Positions 39,512 through 48,714 of a stretch of 64,000 nt of DNA are shown piece after piece. Within the stretch, counting starts at the first letter, position 1. Each line of letters starts with the position of its first letter. Source of the stretch: a bacterium. Its GTDB lineage: Bacteria; UBA8248. Below the pieces are notes generated by a model. That model was not told where the DNA came from. It saw only the letters and a program-made list of their open reading frames with translations, and made no database searches. Where the stretch lies: the NCBI GenBank assembly GCA_965199855.1, contig OZ241326.1, forward strand, positions 1,024,001 to 1,088,000, read 5' to 3'. A program made the translations under genes and the position numbers.

Positions 39512-42500
39512 CTAGAATTGCGCGCTCAGGCTCACCGCGGCGCCGTATTCCTTCGTCCCGCTCCCGCTCGCCTCGTAGTGGCCGGAGAGGGTGAGCGCCG
39601 CGCTCCCGCCCAGGGGGAGGGCGCCGCCGACGCCCAGCCGCAGCGTGGTCGAGGCGCTTTCCGTGTCGAGCCCGGCGTCGCCGACCTCCACGCTCGTCTC
39701 GTCGGAGAACTCCTGCTCGAGGTCCGCCGAGGCGAAAAGGCGGCCCCCCTCGCCCGCGCCCGTCTCCAGGGTGAAGCCGGCCCGCGCCCGCGCGCTCCAC
39801 GCCTTCTCCACCGAGACCCGCGCGGCGGAGCCGACCGAATCCGTGAAGTCGCCCAGGTCCGCGTTCGACCAGACGAGCCCCAGGCGCGGGGTGACGGCGA
39901 GGGCGCCCTCCATAAAGGACGCCCGGCGGCCGATCTCGACCCCCAGCGCGAAGCCCTTGCCGCTCGCGTCCTTCTCCAGCTTGCCGCTGACGGACGAGTC
40001 GAACTCCGCGTCGAACCAGGTCGCCTGCCCGGAGAAGTCCAGGTGAAAGCCGCCCCAGAGCCAGGTGGCCGAGGCGCCCGCGCCCATTCCGCTCACGGCC
40101 ATCTCGCCCACGGCGTCCATCTCCGCCTTGCCCTTGAGAAAGTGGGCCGAGAGGCCGAAGCGCGCCCCCGCGCCCTCGAAGTCGAATCCCGCGCGCCCGC
40201 CGGCGACGTCGTAGTCGTAGGCGAGCCTCTCGCTCCCTGCGACCGAATCCGCCGCGTCGGCCGTCCATTCGCCCTGCGCCGCCTCCACACGCCCCCAGAC
40301 GCCGTTCGACCCCCGCGGGGCGGCCATCCGCTCGGCGTAGGCGGGAAGCCGGTTCAGCGCCAGAAGGAGGGAGGGCAGCGCCTCGTAGAGCTCGCAACGC
40401 CTGTCCGTCGCCATGCCGCAGTCGAACCGGGAGACCAGAAGCTCGTCGAGCGCCGGCGCGCCCCCGGCGTCGAGCGGCACGGGCTGGAGATGGCCGGTGG
40501 CGAACCCGTCCCGGGTCTCGGAGACGACCAGGCTGATCTCCCCGCCCTCGCCGCCGATGCCGCCCCCCACCCGGGCGACCGCCGCGCGGGCGACCTCCTG
40601 GGTGAGACCGCCCGAGGCTTGAACCACGATCTTCGTGGGCGCGTCGCCCCGAATCGCCATCTCCGCCCCGTTCGCCTCCACCGAGCCGGTGAGGCCGATG
40701 GTCACCGTCCCCCCGCCCGTCAGGTGAACCGCCGCCGGCGCGCCCGCCCCGCCCCGGACCGTCCCGCGAATGACGATGATCGCCCGGCCCGGATCGTTCA
40801 CCAGAACCGCCCGGCCCGAGGCGCCCGCGAGAACCTCGCCCGTCCCGCCCACCAGCAGCGTCCCGCCGCCCGAGAGATGAACGGCCGCGTCGGAGCCGCC
40901 CCGCACCACGCCGTGAACTGCCACGAACTGCCGGCGCAGGTTCTTCTCGTCCGCCGTCAGACCCAGCGCGCGGCCCGCGGGCTCGTCCCGCCCCAGGCGG
41001 CCCAGACCCGCGCCCGAGACGAAGACGCCCGCCCGCTCCCCCGCTATCTCCGCGCCCTTGGAGACGTTCACCATGATCGCGCCGTTGCCGTCATGCTCAA
41101 GGACGTAGCGCGCGTGAACCCCGTCGCCCCCGGACGTGATGGAGCCCCCGGTCACGTCCACGCGGACGTCGCCCGCGTTGTAGCTGGCCGCGCGCCGCCG
41201 CACCTCGTCCTTCCAGGCGTCCGTATAGACAGTCGGAAGCGCGGCGAGGGCGGTATCCAGGTCGCCCCCCGTCAGCGCGGCTTCGAGAACCGTCCGCTCG
41301 GCGGCCGAGAGAAGCGCCTGCGCCGCCAGCGTCGCCTTCTGCTGCGTCGTGCGGCTCGCCTCGTCGATGGCGAGGATCGCCGGGTCCCGATCGCCTTCCC
41401 GGACGTGATCGGCGATCTCCGCGTGGGAAAGCGCCAGGGCGCGAATCCCCGCGCGGGGAATTTCCAGAATCTCCCCGGCGGCCTCATGCGCCAAGGGGGA
41501 GGCGTCCGTCGGCGCCCAGCCGCGCTTGCGCAGAAGGTTCCGCGCCTCCGCCTTCCAGGCATCGTCGTAGTCCGCGGGAAGGGCGTCGAGCGCCGTATCC
41601 AGCGCGTCGGAATCCCCCGCCTCGACCGCCGAGAGGACGGACTGCTCCGCCGCCGAGAGCGTCCCGTCCTCCCCCGCCACCTTGGCTCTTATGAAGGTGT
41701 CCGTCACGCCCGCGCCGACGGTGACGTCCCCGCTCGATATGACGTGAATCATCGGCGCCGTCCGGCTCGCGTCGTCCGCCGTTTGGGTCCCCTCCCCGAA
41801 GGTGGAGCCGCTCGAACGCGCCGCCCAGGCGAGAACGCCGACCTCCCGCGCCTCCACCGCGCCCCCGTTCGTGACGAGGAGGCGGCCGGCCGCGTTCGCG
41901 TCGCTCGTCAGGCGCCCCTCCGCCCCGATGAAAAACGGCGACACGATCGAGGTCTCCGCGCCCGTCGTCAGCGAAACGGAGCCGAGACCCTCGTGGATTC
42001 CGTAAAAGCCCCTCGCGCTCAGACCCTCCGCCGAGACCGAACCCCCGCCAGCCCCGACGGAGACGTCCGCCTCGCTCGCGGCGCGGCGAATATGGCCCCA
42101 AACGCCGTGGACGCCGTCGCCCGCCGTCTTGACGGAGACGTCCCTCATATCGACCGCGATGTCGCCGCCCGCGCCCGTCTGGTAGGCGAAGACGCCGTAG
42201 GCTCTTGCGCCGGTCGTCTCGACGGTGACGCCGGCCAGATCCATGTCGATTCCGCCCGTGCCCGTTTGGTTGGCCCAGACACCGTAGCTACCCTCGCCCG
42301 CCGTCGTGATGGAGCCGCCGGACACATCCATATCGATTCCGCCCGCGGTCACATGGTGGACGAAGACGCCGTGGGCGTAATCGCCCTTCGTTGCGATGGC
42401 GACGTCGTTCAGATTGATGGAGACGCGGCCCCTCGCGCCCAAGTACTGGACATAGACGGCTTTGGAGACGATGCCCGCCGTCTTGACGGAGCCGCCGGAC

Positions 42501-43114
42501 AGGGTGATGGCGACATCCGCCTCGCTCGCGGCGTTGCTGATCAGGCTGTAGACGCCGTAGCTGTCGTGACCCTTCGTCACAAGCGAACTGTCCCGAACGT
42601 CGATGCTGACGGCGCCCGCGCTCATGCCGCCCTGCGAGCCGAAAATGGCGCGGGCGTGGTTGCCCTCCGTCGTGATTTCGGCGCCGTTCGCGCTGATGGC
42701 GACGTCGCCCGAGCCGCCCAGATGGTGGCCCCAGACGCCTTCGGCGACGCGGCCCGCTGTCGTGATGGAGCCACCCACGATATCGATGTCGATGGCGCCC
42801 GTCCCCTCATGGCGGCCATAAACGCCGTAGGCTAACCGGCCCGCCGTTGCGATTCCGGCGCCGGTCAGATCGATGTCGATCCCGCCCGTCCCCCGGTGAC
42901 GGCCATAAACGCCGTAGGCGTTGGCGGCCGACGTCGAGATGGAGGGGTTCATCGCGTCGATGGTGACGTCCTGCGCGGAGCCGCTGGCGCCCTCGCACGC
43001 GATTCTCTGGCCCGCCCCCGGCGTGTCGCTGCACACGGCGGTCTGCGCCGCCGCCTCCCCCGCGCAGAGAAGCAGCCCGAGCGCCAGGGCGAGCGCGCCC
43101 GCCCGCGCCCTCAC
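39512..43114 (-). CDS. Type Va autotransporter (beta-helix passenger, C-terminal beta-barrel)
   Basis: AAGGAG-6 nt-GTG start, signal peptide MRARAGALALALGLLLCAGEAAA-Q, many I.T.G..AYGVY repeats, linker YEALPS, barrel ending in ..VSLSAQF. Confidence 0.88.
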   Translation of the reverse strand: MRARAGALALALGLLLCAGEAAAQTAVCSDTPGAGQRIACEGASGSAQDVTIDAMNPSISTSAANAYGVYGRHRGTGGIDIDLTGAGIATAGRLAYGVYGRHEGTGAIDIDIVGGSITTAGRVAEGVWGHHLGGSGDVAISANGAEITTEGNHARAIFGSQGGMSAGAVSIDVRDSSLVTKGHDSYGVYSLISNAASEADVAITLSGGSVKTAGIVSKAVYVQYLGARGRVSINLNDVAIATKGDYAHGVFVHHVTAGGIDMDVSGGSITTAGEGSYGVWANQTGTGGIDMDLAGVTVETTGARAYGVFAYQTGAGGDIAVDMRDVSVKTAGDGVHGVWGHIRRAASEADVSVGAGGGSVSAEGLSARGFYGIHEGLGSVSLTTGAETSIVSPFFIGAEGRLTSDANAAGRLLVTNGGAVEAREVGVLAWAARSSGSTFGEGTQTADDASRTAPMIHVISSGDVTVGAGVTDTFIRAKVAGEDGTLSAAEQSVLSAVEAGDSDALDTALDALPADYDDAWKAEARNLLRKRGWAPTDASPLAHEAAGEILEIPRAGIRALALSHAEIADHVREGDRDPAILAIDEASRTTQQKATLAAQALLSAAERTVLEAALTGGDLDTALAALPTVYTDAWKDEVRRRAASYNAGDVRVDVTGGSITSGGDGVHARYVLEHDGNGAIMVNVSKGAEIAGERAGVFVSGAGLGRLGRDEPAGRALGLTADEKNLRRQFVAVHGVVRGGSDAAVHLSGGGTLLVGGTGEVLAGASGRAVLVNDPGRAIIVIRGTVRGGAGAPAAVHLTGGGTVTIGLTGSVEANGAEMAIRGDAPTKIVVQASGGLTQEVARAAVARVGGGIGGEGGEISLVVSETRDGFATGHLQPVPLDAGGAPALDELLVSRFDCGMATDRRCELYEALPSLLLALNRLPAYAERMAAPRGSNGVWGRVEAAQGEWTADAADSVAGSERLAYDYDVAGGRAGFDFEGAGARFGLSAHFLKGKAEMDAVGEMAVSGMGAGASATWLWGGFHLDFSGQATWFDAEFDSSVSGKLEKDASGKGFALGVEIGRRASFMEGALAVTPRLGLVWSNADLGDFTDSVGSAARVSVEKAWSARARAGFTLETGAGEGGRLFASADLEQEFSDETSVEVGDAGLDTESASTTLRLGVGGALPLGGSAALTLSGHYEASGSGTKEYGAAVSLSAQF

Positions 43115-43127
43115 GCCGCGCTCCTTC

Positions 43128-43304
43128 TCATGTCGGTGAGTCGGTGAGTCGGTGAGTCGGTGAGTCGGTGAGTCGGTGAGTCGGTGAGTCGGTGAGTCGG
43201 TGAGTCGGTGAGTCGGTGAGTCGGTGAGTCGGTGAGTCGGTGAGTCGGTGAGTCGGTGAGTCGGACGCAGTATGCCGCAGGCTCGCGGCGAAGGCAAACA
43301 GCAT
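43128..43304 (-). CDS. Leader ORF crossing the octamer repeat
   Basis: GAGGAGG RBS before ATG 43304; MLFAFAASLRHTAS then (DSPTHRLT)n, TGA at 43130-43128. Confidence 0.5.
   Translation of the reverse strand: MLFAFAASLRHTASDSPTHRLTDSPTHRLTDSPTHRLTDSPTHRLTDSPTHRLTDSPT
43132..43264. repeat. Perfect 8-bp tandem repeat (GTCGGTGA)x16 plus 5 bp
   Basis: Counted directly in the sequence. Confidence 0.98.
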
Positions 43305-43430
43305 CGCGGTTCCTCCTCGCGGAAAAGCGGATGATTTTTCATCATCATTATATTTCGGAGAAGGATAGAGAAGCAAGACGCGATTGCCGGGGGGAGGATT
43401 CGCCCCGCCGCGCCATTCGGCGGGGTTTTC

Positions 43431-44066
43431 CGTAGGGGACGCATTCATGCGTCCCGCCCGCATTCAAGGGGCGTTCGCGTCGGAGGCGGCGGGTCGTTCC
43501 CGAACGACCCCTACGGGGATGGTCGCGCCCCGGCGGGATGCGGATGCGGCGCGGACAACAACGGGGGATTGTCCCTACGATCCGCCCCGCGTTATCGCCG
43601 GGCCCGCAACGGGGCGCAAGAATGCGCCCCCTACGGGGGAGGCGGCAATGGTTTCGTAGGGGCGATTCGTGAACCGCCCGTTTTGAAGGGAAGACAATCG
43701 AAACCCTGGATTCCGGCCTTCGCCGGAATGACGGGTTTTGCGGCGGCGCGCGGCGGAGGGGAAATCCTCGTTGCCGTCTCGATGTTGTTCCCTGTCAGAT
43801 CGAAGGGACGCCGGGGTTGGTCTTTCGCCGTCATTCCGGCGAAGGCCGGAATCCAGAACCGGGGCGCGCGGCGGCAAACGGGCGTTCCCGGCCAATCCAT
43901 GCGCGGGATTCATGTTTTCGTAGGGGGCGCCCCACAATTCGGGAACCGCCCGTATTCCAAAGACATTCGCATCGGAGGCGGCGGGTCGTTCCCGAACGAC
44001 CCCTACGGGGATGGTCGCCCATGGAGGGTAATGGGCCGTAGGGACAACCCCCTGTGGTTGTCCCCG
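43431..44066. repeat. Large REP mosaic (BIME-like), upstream of the autotransporter
   Basis: About seven GTAG-type units, an inverted pair of CGTC-type REPs (about 43705 and 43829), and a 47-bp direct repeat at 43480 and 43972. Confidence 0.82.
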
Positions 44067-44124
44067 CATTCCCGGCGGCTCCGAGGGGCCGGCTCCCCGG
44101 TTCATCCCCCGCGCGGGCGCCGCG

Positions 44125-44673
44125 TCAATAGCGGCGGAAGGGACGCCAGAGGCGGTCCGCCGGGCCGCGCGGGTCGAAGCGGTCTATCGGGTCGCGCGGG
44201 TCGAACTCGTCCCCCCAGACGCCGCGCCGGTAGGTCTTGGCGAGGTTCTCCGCCTCTATCAGCTCCTCTCGGTAGCGCACGTTGGGGTGCTTGACGAGGG
44301 CGCGGCCCATCCCCCGGAACACCACGAGCGCGTTCACGAGCGCGCCGTCCTTGAGGAAGACGTAGTATTGCGTCTGTCCGTGGTCGTCGATCGGCTTCCT
44401 GTCGATTTCGAGGGCGACTTCGCGGTTCTCGATGAGGCGTCTGAGGAAGGCGCGCGCCTGCGCCCAGCCGGGCACGCCGGGGCGGGGGGCGGCCACGCCG
44501 ATGAGCGAGGAGCGCAGGCCGCCGCCGAGCTGGAAGGTCGCCCCGTCATAGACCTTCGTGACGCGCGCGGCGAGGCGCCTCTCAAGGCGCGCCTCCCCCC
44601 CGGAGAGGGCGGGCGGATGCGCGAGGGCGGCGAGGGCGAGCGCGCAGAGGAGCCGGGCGGTTTTCTTCGTCAT
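44125..44673 (-). CDS. Exported staphylococcal-nuclease (SNase)-fold protein with degenerate catalytic residues
   Basis: Signal peptide; VYDGATF, LIGVAAP, VNALVV.RGM, AE..AK..RRGVW. Confidence 0.75.
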   Translation of the reverse strand: MTKKTARLLCALALAALAHPPALSGGEARLERRLAARVTKVYDGATFQLGGGLRSSLIGVAAPRPGVPGWAQARAFLRRLIENREVALEIDRKPIDDHGQTQYYVFLKDGALVNALVVFRGMGRALVKHPNVRYREELIEAENLAKTYRRGVWGDEFDPRDPIDRFDPRGPADRLWRPFRRY

Positions 44674-44857
44674 GGCGTCGCGCACCCCGCGTCCTTTTCG
44701 GGTTTCTCCCGGCCCGCGCGGCGCTCCCGCGCGGAGAAGCGCCAGGAGGAGAGGGGCATTGTATGCGGATTCCGCGCCGTTTTTCCACCCGGCGGGGGAG
44801 GGGGGCGCCCGCGCCGATTGCGGGGCCGACGGTTTCCAGCAGGGGCGGCGACGGTTT

Positions 44858-44882
44858 CGTAGGGGCGGCTCGCGAGCCGCCC
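44858..44882. repeat. Single GTAG-type REP
   Basis: CGTAGGGGCGGCTCGCGAGCCGCCC. Confidence 0.7.
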
Positions 44883-44927
44883 GCTGCCGCTGGCGGCGCG
44901 GGATTGCGCCCGCGTCCATATCGACGA

Positions 44928-45149
44928 CTAGGGCGCGGGAGCGTTCAGCAGCTTCGCCTTGTATTGCGTTTTTCTGAAGCGCTTCCAGGATCTTGCGCAC
45001 AGACAGCTGGGGTGGATATCCCACCAGTCAGAGGGGAGATGCTTCAGGTTTCTCCGGCCTCTTATCTTGACGGGATACTCCTCCTCCCTCCACGCCTGAA
45101 CCCAGCGCTTTTCGTTGGTCGTCCGAATGCGCTCTCGAAAATATCTCAT
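44928..45149 (-). CDS. Small basic, Trp-rich hypothetical protein
   Basis: GGAGG RBS; RTTNEKRW..RGRRN..LPSDWWD..RSWKRFRKTQYK; lower GC than flanks. Confidence 0.65.
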   Translation of the reverse strand: MRYFRERIRTTNEKRWVQAWREEEYPVKIRGRRNLKHLPSDWWDIHPSCLCARSWKRFRKTQYKAKLLNAPAP

Positions 45150-45387
45150 GGGCGTCATCCCTCCGGGGGCCGCATCGCCGACGGGCTTCATCGACGAGGG
45201 GCGCGGCCGCCGCGCCGCCCGAAATATAGCCGTCCGTCCGCGTTTCGGTCAAGAAAAAACGAAGCGCGAGGCGGCTCCCGGGCAAGATCTCCGCGCGCGA
45301 GCCGCGCTCTCGTTGCGGCGCGCGCCCGCTTGCCCCTACAATGCCGCCTCCGGTCATGGAGAGCGGGGGTTCGGGAGGAGCGGGTTC

Positions 45388-46380
45388 GTGGCGAAGATAG
45401 CGGCGCTGCGGGAGGGCGAGCGCTTCGACGCCTTCTTCCGGGTCAGGGAGCGCGAGGCGCGCCTGAGCAGGGCGGGCCGGGAGTATCTCGACCTGGTTCT
45501 GGAGGACGCGACGGGCGAGATTCCCGCCAAGGTGTGGGAGCCGGCCGAGCAGGCGGAGGGGCCCGTCGAGGCGGGCGACTTCATCAAGGCGCGGGCGGTG
45601 GCGGAGAACTACCGGGGCCGCCGCCAGCTGCGGGTGGAGCGCATCCGCCGGGTGAACGACGCGGATTACGAAGGCGGCTTCCGACCCGAGGACTGCGCGC
45701 CGCGCACCCCCTACGACATCGACGTGATGTGGGAGGAGATGCGGCGCGTCGCCGCCGCCCGCCACCCGCTCGTGGCCGCCTATCTGGGCGCGATACTCGA
45801 CGCCTACGAGGAGAAGTTCCGCGCGTGGCCCGCCTCCCAGCGCATTCACCACCCCTATCTGGGCGGCCTGCTCGAGCACACCCTCTCGGTGACGAAGACC
45901 TGCCTCTACTTCGCGGACAAATACGAGGTCTCGAAGGACCTCCTCGTCGCGGGCGCGCTCCTGCACGACGTCGGGAAGCTGGAGGAGCTCTCCGCCGAGG
46001 GCGCCACGCGCTACACGACGAAGGGAAGGCTCGTCGGCCACGTGGCGATGGGGCGCGACGTCGTCCGCGAGTGGGCGCGGCGCGAGGGCGTCTTCCCCGA
46101 GGGGGAGGGGCTGCCCGAGGATTTTCTGCTGCACCTGGAGCACCTCGTCCTCTCGCACCAGGGGCAGGTCGAGTGGGGGGCGGCGAAGGTTCCCATGTCG
46201 GCGGAGGCGCTCCTGCTCCACTACGCCGACGACGTGGACGCCAAGTTCAACCTGCTCAGGCGCGCGGTGGCGGCGGGCGACGGGGATGAGGAGTTCACGA
46301 GCGTGAACCGCACCATGGGGCGCGCCTTCTACAAGGGCGGCCCGCCCCTGCCGCCGCGCGAGGCGGAGGATTCCCCCTGA
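45388..46380 (+). CDS. yhaM: YhaM/Cbf1-like OB + HD 3'-5' exoribonuclease
   Basis: OB fold (YLDLVLEDATGEI), HHPYLGGLLEHT, LLHDVGK, GH, SH, ADD.DAK. Confidence 0.88.
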   Translation: MAKIAALREGERFDAFFRVREREARLSRAGREYLDLVLEDATGEIPAKVWEPAEQAEGPVEAGDFIKARAVAENYRGRRQLRVERIRRVNDADYEGGFRPEDCAPRTPYDIDVMWEEMRRVAAARHPLVAAYLGAILDAYEEKFRAWPASQRIHHPYLGGLLEHTLSVTKTCLYFADKYEVSKDLLVAGALLHDVGKLEELSAEGATRYTTKGRLVGHVAMGRDVVREWARREGVFPEGEGLPEDFLLHLEHLVLSHQGQVEWGAAKVPMSAEALLLHYADDVDAKFNLLRRAVAAGDGDEEFTSVNRTMGRAFYKGGPPLPPREAEDSP

Positions 46381-46419
46381 CGCGCCGCCGGCGGGGGGAT
46401 GAGCGGGGGAGGGGAGGCC

Positions 46420-47331
46420 ATGGCCGGGCTCGAGGCGATTCTGAACGAGCGGACGAAGCGCGTCGTGATGCTCGCGGCGGATCACGGCTACTTCCAGGGG
46501 CCGACCTCGGGGCTCGAGGAGCCCCGCAAGACCCTGGCGCCCCTGCTTCCCCTCTGCGACGCCGTGAGCCCCTCGAAGGGCGTTTTTCTGCGCTGCTTCC
46601 CGCCCGACGGCGCGGCGCCGGTGATTCTCCGCGCCTCGGGCGGAAACGCGGTCGTCTATTCCGACCCGGTGGAGCTCGAGCGCGAGCTGGCGATTCGGGG
46701 GGCGGGCGTTGAGGACGCGGCGGGGCGCGAGGCGTTGCGCGAGCGCATCGCCGATGAAATCGCGAACCGCGAGCTCTCGAACGAGGGGCTGACCCTCTCG
46801 GCGGCCGAGGCCAGGCGGCTGGGGGCGGCGGGCGTTTCCGTCTCGATCTACGCGGGCGCGCGCTATCAGAGGGAATCCATCCTGAACCTGGCGCGCATGA
46901 GCGAGGAGGGGCGCAGGGAGGGCCTGCTCGTCCTGGGCATTACGGCGGTGGGGCGGGAGATGACGCGCGACGCGCGCTATCTGGGGCTGGCCTCGCGCAT
47001 CGCGGCGGAGCACGGGGCAGACCTCGTGAAGACCTACTTCTGCGAGGGCTTCGAGGAGGTGGCGCGCGGGTGCTTCGTCCCCATCGTCATCGCCGGCGGA
47101 AAGAAGATTCCCGAGCGGGAGGCGCTCGCCTTCTGCCGCCGCGCCGTCGACGCGGGGGCGATCGGCGTGGACATGGGCCGCAACATCTTCCAGAGCGCGC
47201 GCCCCGCCGCCATGATGCGGGCGGTGCGCGGCGTCGTGCACGAGGACATGACGCCCGACGCGGCCTTCGAGATGTTCGAGGACCTGGGCGCGGATTCCGC
47301 CGAGCGGGACGCGCGCGGAAGAGGGGAGTGA
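46420..47331 (+). CDS. lsrF: LsrF-like class I aldolase/thiolase
   Basis: DHGYFQGPTSGLE, ELSNE, RDARY..ASRIAAE, VKTY, IAGGKK, GVDMGRNIFQS. Confidence 0.85.
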   Translation: MAGLEAILNERTKRVVMLAADHGYFQGPTSGLEEPRKTLAPLLPLCDAVSPSKGVFLRCFPPDGAAPVILRASGGNAVVYSDPVELERELAIRGAGVEDAAGREALRERIADEIANRELSNEGLTLSAAEARRLGAAGVSVSIYAGARYQRESILNLARMSEEGRREGLLVLGITAVGREMTRDARYLGLASRIAAEHGADLVKTYFCEGFEEVARGCFVPIVIAGGKKIPEREALAFCRRAVDAGAIGVDMGRNIFQSARPAAMMRAVRGVVHEDMTPDAAFEMFEDLGADSAERDARGRGE

Positions 47332-48365
47332 TGGCCGCGCCGGCGACCATGCGGGCGGCGGTCTATTACCGAAACGACGACGTGCGCGTCGAGGAGATGC
47401 CGAAGCCCCGCGCGGGGGCGGGCGAGCTGCTGGTGGAGACGCGGCTGAGCGGCGTCTGCGGAAGCGACGTGATGGAGTGGTATCGGCTCGAAAGCGCCCC
47501 GCGCGTGCTGGGCCACGAGGTCGTGGGCGTGATCGCCGAGGCGGGGGCGGGAGTCGCGGATTTTCGCCCCGGGGATCGCGTCTTCGTCACCCATCACGTC
47601 CCCTGCGGCGCCTGCGCCCTCTGCCTGCGCGGGGAGCACACCGCCTGCGAGACGCTCAGGCGGACGAATTTCGACCCCGGCGGCTTCGCCGAGTTCATCC
47701 GCGCGCCCGCCCTCAACGTCGAGCGCGGGACGCTCCGCCTGCCCGATGACGTCTCCGATGAGGCGGGCGTGTTCATCGAGCCGCTCGGCTGCGTCCTGCG
47801 CGGCTGGCGGCGTCTGCGGACGTCGCCGGGCCTCTCCGTTCTCGTGGTGGGAAGCGGGGCGTCGGGGCTGCTCTTCGTCCAGGCGGCGCGCGCCCTGGGC
47901 GCGGGGCCCGTCTTCGCGGCGGACGTTCAGCCCCGGCGTCTGGAGGCCGCGGAGAGGTTCGGCGCGCGCGCGCTTCCTCCCGGCGAGGACGCGGCGGAGG
48001 CGCTTCGGGAGGCGAACGGGGGGCGTCTGGCGGATCGCGTCGTCCTGTGCGCGGGCGCGCCTGCCGCGCTCGAAGCCGCGCTCGCCTGCGTCGCCCCCTG
48101 CGGCGTCCTCCTGCTTTTCGCCCCCGCTCCGCCGGATCATCGCCCTCCGGCGGACTGGAACCGAATCTGGCGCGAGCAGATATCCGTCACGACCACCTAC
48201 GGCGCGGCCCCGCTCGATTTGCATGAGGCTCTGGCGCTGCTTCGCGCGCGGCGCGTCAGGCCGGAAGGCATGATCACCCACCGGCTTCCGCTCGCGCGCG
48301 CCCAGGAGGGCTTTCGCCTCGTCGCCGAGGCGGGGGAGTCGCTCAAGGTGGTGCTTCAGCCGTAG
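47331..48365 (+). CDS. Zn-dependent polyol dehydrogenase (MDR)
   Basis: VCGSD, GHE, CGACALC..C, EPLGC. Confidence 0.9.
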   Translation: MAAPATMRAAVYYRNDDVRVEEMPKPRAGAGELLVETRLSGVCGSDVMEWYRLESAPRVLGHEVVGVIAEAGAGVADFRPGDRVFVTHHVPCGACALCLRGEHTACETLRRTNFDPGGFAEFIRAPALNVERGTLRLPDDVSDEAGVFIEPLGCVLRGWRRLRTSPGLSVLVVGSGASGLLFVQAARALGAGPVFAADVQPRRLEAAERFGARALPPGEDAAEALREANGGRLADRVVLCAGAPAALEAALACVAPCGVLLLFAPAPPDHRPPADWNRIWREQISVTTTYGAAPLDLHEALALLRARRVRPEGMITHRLPLARAQEGFRLVAEAGESLKVVLQP

Positions 48366-48495
48366 GAGGCGGCCGCGCCGGGCGGCGCGGAGCAATCGAA
48401 TCTTGCCGTCGGGCGCGAAAGCGGCTAATATCCTCGCGTGAAGTCGAGCGGCGGCCGATACGATCCGGGTTCGCGTTTGCGGAGAGGGGGAGGCG

Positions 48496-48714
48496 ATGAG
48501 GACGCGGAAGCGGCGGGACGGCATTGAAAAGAAAAACGGCGCGAAGGATCTCGCGGACGCGCGCGGCGGGGATTTCTTCTCCGACGTTCTCGACATGTAT
48601 GCCCCGCCAGAATTCATCCGGCTTCGGAAGACGAGCGTTGGCCGCGCCGGCTTCGAGCGCGACAAGGCGGCGATAAGGAGCTACTTCAGAATGGCCAGGG
48701 AAAAAGCCGGGTGA
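48496..48714 (+). CDS. Small hypothetical protein coupled to the DUF2335 gene
   Basis: GGAGG RBS; GTGA overlap with the next gene. Confidence 0.55.
   Translation: MRTRKRRDGIEKKNGAKDLADARGGDFFSDVLDMYAPPEFIRLRKTSVGRAGFERDKAAIRSYFRMAREKAG

Noticed and set aside
43114-43444. 1310-aa autotransporter start at 43444 with PTHRLTDS as a protein domain
   Set aside because: That ATG lies inside a REP hairpin without an RBS; the peptide repeat is just the translation of the 8-bp DNA repeat
43132-44066. CRISPR array
   Set aside because: The octamer has no spacers; the palindromes are heterogeneous, irregularly spaced, in both orientations and carry REP tetranucleotides; no cas genes
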